Both the position numbers and the translations under genes were made by a program. 64,000 nt of DNA from Eledone cirrhosa (taxonomy: Eukaryota), in contig OZ024741.1 of assembly GCA_964016885.1 (NCBI GenBank), forward strand, positions 401,946,001 through 402,010,000, read 5' to 3'. Positions 50,101 to 61,200 of the stretch are shown one piece after another. The notes below the pieces were generated by a model that saw nothing but the letters and a program-made list of their open reading frames with translations, ran no database searches and had not been told where the DNA came from. How positions within the stretch are numbered: the stretch's first letter is position 1; each line of letters opens with the position of its first letter.

Positions 50101-53100
50101 CCTAGACTGGGGTGGTATACCTGAGATATACCACCTAGACTGGGGTATACCTGAGATATACCACCTAGACTGGGGTGTACCTGAGATATACCACCTAGAC
50201 TGGGGTGTACCTGAGATATACCACCTAGACTAGAGTGGTATACCTGAGATATACCACCTAGACTGGGGTGGTATACCTGAGATATACCACCTAAACTTGA
50301 CCACCTAGACTGCGGTGGTATACCTGAGATATACCACCTAGACTGGGGTATACCTGAGATACACCACCTAGACTGGGGTATACCTGAGATATACCACCTA
50401 GACTGGGGTGTACCTGAGATATACCACCTAGACTAGGGTGGTATACCTGAGATATACCACCTAGACTGGGGTGGTATACCTGAGATATACCACCTAAACT
50501 TGACCACCTAGACTGGGGTGGTATACCTGAGATATAGCACCTAAACTTGACCACCTAGACTGGGGTGGTATACCTGAGATATACCACCTAGACTGGGGTA
50601 TACCTGAGATACACCACCTAGACTGGGGTATACCTGAGATATACCACCTAGACTGGGGTGTACCTGAGATTTACCACCTAGACTAGGGTGGTATACCTGA
50701 GATATACCACCTAGACTGGGGTGGTATACCTGAGATATACCACCTAGACTGGGGTATACCTGAGATACACCACCTAGACTGGGGTATACCTGAGATATAC
50801 CACCTAGACTGGGGTGTACCTGAGATATACCACCTAGACTAGGGGGGTATACCTGAGATATACCACCTAGACTGGGGTGGTATACCTGAGATATACCACC
50901 TAAACTTGACCACCTAGACTGGGGTGGTATACCTGAGATATACCACCTAGACTGGGGTATACCTGAGATATACCACCTAGACTGGGGTGTACCTGAGATA
51001 TACCACCTAGACTAGGGTGGTATACCTGAGATATACCACCTAGACTGGGGTGGTATACCTGAGATATACCACCTAAACTTGACCACCTAGACTGCGGTGG
51101 TATACCTGAGATATACCACCTAGACTGGGGTATACCTGAGATACACCACCTAGACTGCGGTATACCTGAGATATACCACCTAGACTGGGGTGTACCTGAG
51201 ATATACCACATAGACTAGGGTGGTATACCTGAGATATACCACCTAGACTGGGGTGGTATACCTGAGATATACCACCTAAACTTGACCACCTAGACTGGGG
51301 TGGTATACCTGAGATATACCACCTAAACTTGACCACCTAGACTGGGGTGGTATACCTGAGATATACCACCTAAACTTGACCACCTAGACTGGGGTGGTAT
51401 ACCTGAGATATACCACCTAGACTGGGGTATACCTGAGATATACCACCTAGACTGGGGTATACCTGAGATATACCCCCTAGACTGGGGTGTACCTGAGATA
51501 TACCACCTAGACTAGGGTGGTATACTTGAGATATACCACCTAGACTGGGGTGGTATACCTGAGATATACCACCTAAACTTGACCACCTAGACTGGGGTGG
51601 TATACCTGAGATATACCACCTAGACTGGGGTATACCTGAGATATACCACCTAGATTGGGGTATACCTGAGATATACCACCTAGACTAGGGTGGTATACCT
51701 GAGATATACCACCTAGACTGGGATATACCTGAGATATACCACCTAGATTGGGGTACACCTGAGATATACCACCTAGACTGGGGTGGTATACCTGAGATAC
51801 ACCACCTAGACTGGGGTATACTTGAGATATACCAACTAGACTGGGGTATACCTGAGATATACCACCTAGACTGGGGTGGTATATTTGAGATATACCACCT
51901 AGACTGGGGTGGTGTACCTGAGATGTACCACCTGGACTGGGGTATACCTGAGATATACCACCTAGACTGGGGTAATATACCTGAGATATACCACCTAGAC
52001 TGGGGTATACCTGAGATATACCACCTAGACTGGGGTGTATCTGAGATATACCACCTAGACTGGGGTGGTATACTTGAGATATACCACCTAGACTGGGGTA
52101 TACCTGAGATATACCACCTAAACTTGACCACCTAGACTGGGGTGGTATACCTGAGATATACCACCTAGACTGGGGTGTACCTGAGATATACCACCTAGAT
52201 TGGGGTATACCTGAGATATACCACCTAGATTGGGGTGGTATACCTGAGATATACCACCTAGACTGGGGTATACCTAAGATATACCATCTAGGATGGGGTA
52301 CACCTGAGATATACCACCTAGACTGGGGTACACCTGAGATATACCACCTAGACTGCAGTGGTATACCTGAGATATACCACCTAGACTGGGGTGTATCTGA
52401 GATATAGCACCTAGACTGGGGTGATATACCTGAGGGACACCACCTTGACTGGGGTACACCTGAGATATAGCACCTAGACTGGGGTGGTATACCTGAGATA
52501 TACCACCTAGACTGGGGTGGCATACCTGAGGGACACCACCTTGACTGGGGTATACTTGAGATATACAATCTAGACTGGGGTGGTATATCTGAGATATACC
52601 ACATAGACTGGGGTGTACCTGAGATATACCACCTAGACTGGGGTATACCTGAGATATACCACCTAGTCTGGGGTATACCTGAGATACACCGTCTGGACTG
52701 GGGTGGTATACCTGAGATATACCACCTGGACTGGGTTATACCTGAGATATACCACCTAGACTGGGGTGGTATACCTGAGATATACCACCTAGGCTGGGGT
52801 GGTATACCTGAGATATACCACCTAGGCTGGGGTGTACCTGAGATATACCACCTAGACTGGGGTGGTATACCTGAGATATACCACCTAGACTGGGGTATAC
52901 CTGAGATATACCACCTAAACTGGGGTACACCTGAGATATCCCACCTAGACTGGGGTGGTATACCTGAGATATACCACCTAGACCGGGGTATACTTGAGAT
53001 ATACCACCTAGACTGGGGTGGTATACCTGAGATATACCACCTAGACCGGTGTATACTTGAGATATACCACCTAGACTGGGGTATACTTGAGATATACCAC

Positions 53101-53586
53101 CTAGACTGGGGTGATATACCTGAGATATACCACCTAGACTGCGGTATACTTGAGATATACCACCTAGACTGGAGTGGTATACCTGACATATACCATCTAG
53201 ACTGGGGTATACTTGAGATATAGCACCTTGACTGGGGTGGTATACCTGAGATATACCACCTAGACTGGGGTGGTATACATGAGATATACCACCTAGACTG
53301 CGGTATACTTGAGATATACCACGTAGACTGGGGTGGTATACCTGAGATATACCACCTAGACTGGGGTATACTTGAGATATACCACCTAGACTGGGGTAGT
53401 ATACCTGAGATATACCACCTGGACTGGTGTATACCTGAGTTATACCACCTGGACTTGGGTATAACTGAGATATACCACCTAGACTGGAGTATACCTGAGA
53501 TACACCACTTAGACTGGGGTATACCTGAGATATACCACCTAGACTGGGGTGGTGTACCTGAGATATACCACCTGGACTGGGGTATA
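47110..53586. repeat. 6.5-kb minisatellite, 30/33-bp palindromic unit (about 200 copies) with a 203-bp higher-order repeat
   Basis: Unit CCTGAGATATACCACCTAGACTGGGGT(GGT)ATA. A 14-bp insert marker CTAAACTTGACCAC occurs at 49682, 49885, 50088, 50291 and 50494. Confidence 0.98.
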
Positions 53587-54494
53587 GAGTTGGTCGTTTT
53601 CCCCAAATTTCTTTAGTTTTGTCGTTGAATATCTTTTCTGTTTATTTTATTTTTATTTCCAGTATTTTATGATTTAATTAAAATTTTGCTAAATAATCTT
53701 TTCCCTTCATTCTCTGTTTTGTGTGTGTGTGCTATTAATTAAACGTTCCTTCTAATATGCTGCAAAAAGGGCTTTTTTACCCCCGGAAAAAGGAGATGGG
53801 GGGGGGGTGTCATGTTTTCTTTACCACTTCTCTTTCCGTAGTTTTTTTTCATATTCTTCATGTGCAACCAACAAATATAATGCGAAGGATTTTTTTTTTC
53901 TGAAAAATAAAGGGGGGGGGGCGTGTTATAGAGGGGACCACCTTCGGACTTTTCACCGAAGGAAACTGAAACGGTAAAGCCAAATCGGCGATTGGGGTGG
54001 GGGTTAAAAGTCCGAGGGGCACCACTCCCTTTGTATCTTCCGTTTTCCAGAGGAAAACGTCTTTATTAAGGAAATTAAGTTTAATTGATTGCACACGAAA
54101 AAAAAAAAAGATGAGAAAAATCATTTCCTACAGAAATCGATGGTGGAGGGGCTTTCTATAAATTTACAAAATTTTATTGAATATATCGTTATTTATTGAA
54201 TACATCAATTACATTATGTAGTCAGTTGCTCTCACTACATTCTAACTTCTATTTTTATATGAAACAGTTAAAGGTTGTATATCAAGGGAGGCTACTCTGG
54301 TATATGACAACTAAATTTGACTACTCTCGAATGTTGAGCTCTGCTGTTGGAAGAAGAACGAAGAATTTGTTTTGTATTGTGAAATATATTTCAGTACTGT
54401 GATAATAATAATAATTATTATACGTTTTAAAAAATAAACAAATCAGAGTAATAAAATCCTAAAATACCAGAAACCCTCAAATAACTATATTTTC

Positions 54495-54905
54495 CCCAGC
54501 CTGTGGGGTCGCTGGCGGCTCGCCTTGCTGAGGTGTCATGATACTCCTGGTGCCTGGTTGTTTCAGCGCTTTAGTCTCGCTATAACCCAGCCTTGCAGAG
54601 GTGTCAGGTGATGTCCGTGAGGGTGCCTGGTTGTTTCAGCCCCCTAACCTCGCTATTACCCAGCCATACCGCGGTATCAGGTGATGTCCGTGAGGGTGCC
54701 TGGTTTCAGCCCCTTAGCCTCACTAATACCCAGCCATACCGCGGTATCAGGTGATGTCCGTGAGGGTGCTTGCTTGTTTCAGCACTTTATCGAGGTGTCA
54801 GGTGGTGCCCGTGAGGGTGTTTGGTTGTTCCAGCACCTTAGCCTCGCCATCCCCCACGGTAATGCTGTGAGCATATTGTCTTGCCTCAAAAATTTCTGTT
54901 GACCC
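54495..54905 (+). repeat. Third CRE-tail-derived tandem array (about 5 degenerate units)
   Basis: CTGGCGGCTCGCCTTGCTGAGGTGTCA...; repeated CAGGTGATGTCCGTGAGGGTGCCTGGTTGTTTCAGC; ends LAIPHGNAVSILSCLK followed by GTTGACCCTT as at 32846. Confidence 0.82.
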
Positions 54906-55203
54906 TTGTGGTATGATATGTGACTGATTGTCACACTTGGCCGTAAATTGATGTATGTTTTGTTTGTTTTTCTTTCGCTTTGATCATATATTTTTGTGTA
55001 TTATATTTACAAGGTTCCTTACAATAATTAATTGTATTTATTATATGTGTTTATGTTTTCATTCTGTAAGAATTATTCACAGAGAAGTAATTAACCATAA
55101 CAAACAACAGTAATTATTTTAAGACATGAGTATTTAAAAAAAGATAACCTTTTCAAATACAAAGAAAAACAAAAAAACATATATATATATATATATATTC
55201 AAT

Positions 55204-55523
55204 TGTAGCGGTTGTCTCCCTTGTTTGGATTAACATCTAGACGGGAAGTAGAACCCTTTCTGTAACTTCCGGCAGAGCCCTATAAAACGAATAGCTCTCG
55301 GCTCTCTGCCTCTCATTTGGCCTTCCGGCGCCTGGCCTTAGCCAGGCGTCCTCTGCCAGCCGCGTTTGCCTGGCAATCAAAACGGTAACGACTAACTTTG
55401 TTTCATTCTATCATCTATTTCTTTGACATGTCAACTATACTATCTACCATTGTTAATTAAATATTATACACACAAACCATGCCTCGTTTTGTTACATTCA
55501 TACAACCCAGTACTCTCGCTATA
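55204..55523 (+). mobile_element. Solo LTR (320 bp), probably Ty3/Gypsy type
   Basis: Termini TGTAGCG ... CGCTATA (one mismatch from a perfect inverted repeat). 4-bp TSD CAAT at 55200-55203 and 55524-55527. Internal TATAAAA (about 55281) and ATTAAA (about 55456). Confidence 0.8.
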
Positions 55524-55732
55524 CAATATATTAATAAATGGAAACTATATTTATAAAACCATATTTATTTTATTATACAAATTTTAAGGGCCACCAAGGC
55601 AAATTATGGTGCGCTTTCATCAGATAAAATACAGATTTAAGCGCACCATAATTTGCCTTGGTGGCCCTTGAAATTTGTATAATAAAATAAATATGGTTTT
55701 ATAAATATAGTTTCCATTTATTAATATATTGT
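55523..55732. repeat. Long inverted repeat: 94-bp arms, 22-bp loop, 1 mismatch (foldback/hairpin element)
   Basis: 55523-55616 versus 55639-55732; loop TCATCAGATAAAATACAGATTT. Confidence 0.93.
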
Positions 55733-55820
55733 GTATTTACTCCACTAAACTGTTGAGTGCTTTATATCAGTTATAAAAATGTTTAAGCTTGTTGAATCCC
55801 AACAAATTAAATATAACCTC

Positions 55821-55869
<49 letters not shown>

Positions 55870-55877
55870 TGTATATA

Positions 55878-56335
55878 TCATCATCATCATCATCTTCCAC
55901 GCTAGCATGGGTTTGGACTGGAGTTTTCCCACTTGAGGCAAGATTGGTTGTCTTGCTCGTATAGGACTGTCTGGCAGGTTTTCTATGGCTGGATGCCCTT
56001 CCTAACACCAACCACATTTACAGTGTGGGACTGGGAGGTTTTTACCGTGTTACCTACACAGCCACATTACAGCGTGGACTGTGTGTTTTTTTGTTGTGAC
56101 ACCTACACAACCTCATTTATTTAGGACTGGATGTTGTGGTACCAACATAACTTTACATTGAAAGGGGTGGTGGGAGTGGGAGTAGTGGGATGGGGGTTCA
56201 TATTTGATTAAGAGGTGCCTACTGACTGTAGGTTTCACTTTGTACTTAGGCAAGGCGGGTCTTCTGTATTACTATGTAGCGCCAAAGATCTCGGTCCAGT
56301 GACATTGTCTTGGAGAGGTGTAAGTGTGTGAGGTC
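55878..56335 (-). mobile_element. RTE LINE 3' UTR copy, inverted relative to 57403-58275
   Basis: Starts with the (CAT)n tail. Reverse complement matches GAAGACCCGCCTT...CCCCTTTCAATGTAAAGTTATGTTGG...GTTAGGAAGGGCATCCAGC. Confidence 0.85.
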
Positions 56336-56850
56336 GGAATTTATCAAATCAATATATATATATATGTATACACATATGTATAGTTGTAGGGTTGCAGGTA
56401 AATGCATCCGTAGTCGGTATGCCGGTTGAGCACTCGATGCCCGTGCAGAACAATATTATAAGAGCAGAAACATATGTAATATTGTTTCTACTTTTGGCAC
56501 AAGGCCAGCAATTATCTCAGTGTATTACTGGTACTTTATTTTATCAACCCCGTAAGGATGAAAGGCAAAGTTAACCTTGGCAGGATTTGAACTCAGAATG
56601 TAAAGGGACATAACTCTATGCTGCAAAGCCTGGTGTCTGTAATATGTTAATAAATGTGATATGATGCAACACTGAATCCTTGTTCTTTATAATATATACA
56701 CACACATATATATACATATATTATTCTACTTTGGGAGGGTCATGCTGCCAATAATAACACATGCACCTGTTGGTTTTCACTTCAATTTATTACAAATTTC
56801 CATTGTTTTTATCATCATTCAAACTGTATATACACATTTTGGGGGGCACA

Positions 56851-56906
<56 letters not shown>

Positions 56907-57040
56907 ATATATATATACCTACCCTGTATATATATATATACTTACCGACCTAGCTATGTGTGCTTACATACTATGATTGTTTCATATGTTTATTTATATG
57001 TTAATCAATTTCTAGTTGTTATATATATATATATATATAT

Positions 57041-57310
57041 ATATTGTTATACTTGGGGAGGGTCATATTTGTGTAATATTGCCAGAATTAATAACAGAAC
57101 ACAATCGGTAATCTAACTTATTCGGTCCTCAATGTTGCCATTGACTGACCGACGGTCAAAAATAATACAGATACAGATATCTGTATTATTTTTGACCGTC
57201 GGTCAGTCAATGGCAACATTGAGGACCGAGTAAGTTAGATTACCGATTGTGTTCTGTTATTAATTCTGGCAATATTACACAAATATGACCCTCCCCAAGT
57301 ATAACAATAT
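57041..57310. repeat. Long inverted repeat: 133-bp arms, 4-nt loop, 1 mismatch (foldback/hairpin element)
   Basis: 57041-57173 versus 57178-57310; loop CAGA; begins directly after a (TA)n tract. Confidence 0.95.
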
Positions 57311-57364
57311 TTGTTTCGACACACGATTTCATATAAAAAACCTCGCAAAACTAATTCATCGCCG

Positions 57365-57402
<38 letters not shown>

Positions 57403-57404
<2 letters not shown>

Positions 57405-58275
57405 CTAAGAACATAGATTTTACATGTGGCCGGTGCTCTGGTGCAATAAGTAGCAGCATGTGCCCACAAAATACTAGCTCTTACAACTGCGCAGAGGGCT
57501 CTATAGAAAGTGGACAGCTTTCGTTACCTGGGTGACAAAATCAGCAGTGGGGGAGGGTGCTCAGAAAGTACTGTAGCTAGAGTCAGAACTGGATGGAAAA
57601 AGTTCAGAGAGCTTATACCACTATTAGCTGCTAAAGGGTTCTCCCTAAAAATGAAAGGCAGGTTGTATGATGCCTGCATACGAACAGCAATGTTGCATGG
57701 CAGTGAGACCTGGGCATTGTGTGCAGAGGATATACGCAGACTAGAGAGGAATGAAGCTTGCATGCTCTGCTGGATGTGTAACAGTAATATACGTGAACGG
57801 CAAAGCATAAACGAACTAAGGAAAAAATTAGAAATAAGAGGGATCAGATGTTGTTTACTCGAGAGAAGGCTACGTTGGTATGGACATGTGATGCGCATGA
57901 AAGTCGATAGTTGTATAACAAAGTGCAGGGCAATAAAGATAGACGGTAGCCACGGAATAGGCAGACATAGAAAAACCTGGGACGAGCTGATAAACTCCGA
58001 CCTCACACACTTACACCTCTCCAAGACAATGTCACTGGACTGAGACCTTTGGCGGTACTCAGTTATAGAGAAGACCCGCCTTACCTAAATACAAAGTAAA
58101 ACCTACTACAGCCAGTAGGCATCTCTAACAAAACACCCCCCCGTCCCACCACCCCCACCCCATCCACACCGCCCCTTTCAATGTAAAGTTATGTTGGTGT
58201 CACAACATACAGGCCGAAACAAATGAGATCGTGTAGACACAGTCCACGCTGTAATGTGGCCGATGATGATGATGA
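57403..58275 (+). mobile_element. 5'-truncated young RTE LINE (ORF2 C-terminus still open) with 3' UTR
   Basis: ORF 57510-58043: DSFRYLGD...ARVRTGWKKFREL...MLHGSETW...RRLRWYGHVMRM...GRHRKTW. Starts within a (TA)n tract and ends in (GAT)n. Confidence 0.92.
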
Positions 58276-61200
58276 ACTACATCATAATCACATATATTAT
58301 ATATAACTATATTATAATCACATATATTATATATAACTATATTATAATCACATATTATATATAACTACATTATAATCACATATATTATATATAACTACAT
58401 TATAATCACATATATTATATATAACTATATTATAATCACATATATTATATATAACTATATTATAATCGCATATATTATATATATATAACTACATTATAAT
58501 CACATATATTATATATAACTATATTATAATCACATATATTATATATATATAACTACATTATAATCACATATATTATATATAACTATATTATAATCACATA
58601 TATTATATATATATATAACTATATTATAATCACATATATTATATATAACTACATTATAATCACATGTATTATATATAACTATATTATAATCACATATATT
58701 ATATATATATATACACTTACACCTCTCCAAGACAATGTCACTGGACTGAGACCTTTGGCGGTACTCAGTAATAGAGAAGACCCGCCTTACCTAAATACAA
58801 AGTAAAACCTACTACAGCCAGTAGGCATCACTAACAAAACACACCCCCGTCCCACCACCCCCACCCCATCCACACCGCCCCTTTCAATGTAAAGTTATGT
58901 TGGTGCCACAACATCCAGGCCGAAACAAATGAGATCGTGTAGACACAGTCCACACTGTAATGTGGCCGTGTAGGCAACACGGTAAAAACCTCCCAGCCCC
59001 ACACTGTAAATGTGGTTGGTGTTAGGAAGGGCATCCAGCTGTAGAAAACCTGCCAGACAGTACACGCTGTAATGGGGGACGTGTAGGTAACACGGTAAAA
59101 ACCTCCCAGCCCCACACTGTAAATGTGGTTGGTGTTAGGAAGGGCATCCAGCTGTAGAAAACCCGCCAGATAGTCCTATGCGAGCAAGACAATCACTCTT
59201 GCCTCAAGTGGGAAAACCCCCGTCCAAAGCCATGCAAGCGTGGAACACGGTCGTTAAACGTTGATGATGATGAACTACATTATAATCACATATATTATAT
59301 ATAACTATATTATAATCACATATATTATATATAACTACATTATAATCACATATATTATATATAACTATATTATAATCACATATATTATATATAACTATAT
59401 TATAATCACATATATTATATATATATAACTATATTATAATCACATATATTATATATAACTATATTATAATCACATATATTATATATAACTATATTATAAT
59501 CACATATATTATATATAACTATATTATAATCACATATATTATATATAACTATATTATAATCACATATTATATATAACCACATTATAATCACATATATTAT
59601 ATATAACTATATTATAATCACATATATTATATATAACTACATTATAATCACATATATTATATATATATAACTAACTTATAATCACATATATTATATATAA
59701 CTACATTATAATCACATATATTATATATAACTACATTATAATCACATATATTATATATAACTATATTATAATCACATATATTATATATATATAACTACAT
59801 TATAAACACATATATTATATATAACTACATTATAATCAGATATATTATAAATGTATAACTACATTATAATCACATATATTATATATAACTATATTATAAT
59901 CAAATATATTATATATAACTATATTATAATCACATATGTTATATATATATAACTACATTATAATCACATATATTATATATAACTATATTATAATCACATA
60001 TATTATATATATATAACTACATTATAATCACATATATTATATATATATAACAACATTATAAACACATATATTATATATAACTATATTATAATCACATATA
60101 TTATATATATATAACTATATTAAAATCACATATATTATATATAACTATATTATAATCACATATATTATATATAACTACATTATAATCACATATATTATAT
60201 ATAACTACATTATAATCACATATATTATATATATATAACTATATTATAATCACATATATTATATATAACTATATATAATTACGTATATTATATATAACTA
60301 TATTATAATCACTTATATTATATATAACTACATTATAATCACATATATTATATATAACTACATTATAATCACATATATTATATATAACTATATTATAATC
60401 ACATATATTATATATATATAACTACATTATAATCACATATATTACATATAACTACATTATAATCACATATATTGTATATAAATATATTATAATCACATAT
60501 ATTATATATAACTACATTATAATCACATATATTATATATATAACTATATGATAATCACATATATTATATATAACTACATTATAATCACATATATTATATA
60601 TAACTACATTATAATCACATATATTATATATAACTATATTATAATCACATATATTATATATAAATAACTGCATTATAATCACATATATTATATATAAATA
60701 ACTACATTATAATCACATATATTATATATAACTACTTTATAATCACATATATTATATATAACTATATTATAATCACATATATTATATATAACTACATTAT
60801 AATCACATGTATTATATATAACTATATTATAATCACATATATTATATATATATAACTATATTATAATCACATATATTATATATGACTATATTATAATCAC
60901 ATATATTATATATAACTATATTATAATCACATATATTATATATATATAACTATATTATAATCACATATATTATATATAACTATATTATAATCACATATGT
61001 TATATATAACTATATTATAATCACATATATTATATATATATAACTACATTATAATCACATATATTATATATGACTACATTATAATCACATGTATTATATA
61101 TAACTATATTATAATCACATATATTATATATATATCCACTTACACCTCTCCAAGACAATGTCACTGGACTGAGACCTTTGGCGGTACTCAGTAATAGAGA

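Noticed and set aside
1912-53586. Possible CRISPR-like arrays (30-50 bp, partly palindromic repeats)
   Set aside because: Units are head-to-tail with no unique spacers, there are no cas genes, and the context is a eukaryotic intron or intergenic region.
46987-53606. ORFs of IPEIYHLDWG / SRWYISGIPQ repeats (up to 677 aa), one with a hydrophobic N-terminus
   Set aside because: Satellite translation: open on both strands, repeatedly interrupted by a 14-bp insert and stops. The in-frame 3-bp indel is simple GGT slippage.
53590-54200. Homopolymer-rich segment with G-runs and a short imperfect inverted repeat (about 53942-54016)
   Set aside because: The abundance of long homopolymers right after a satellite suggests low-quality consensus. 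I do not trust G-quadruplex or hairpin inferences here without reads.
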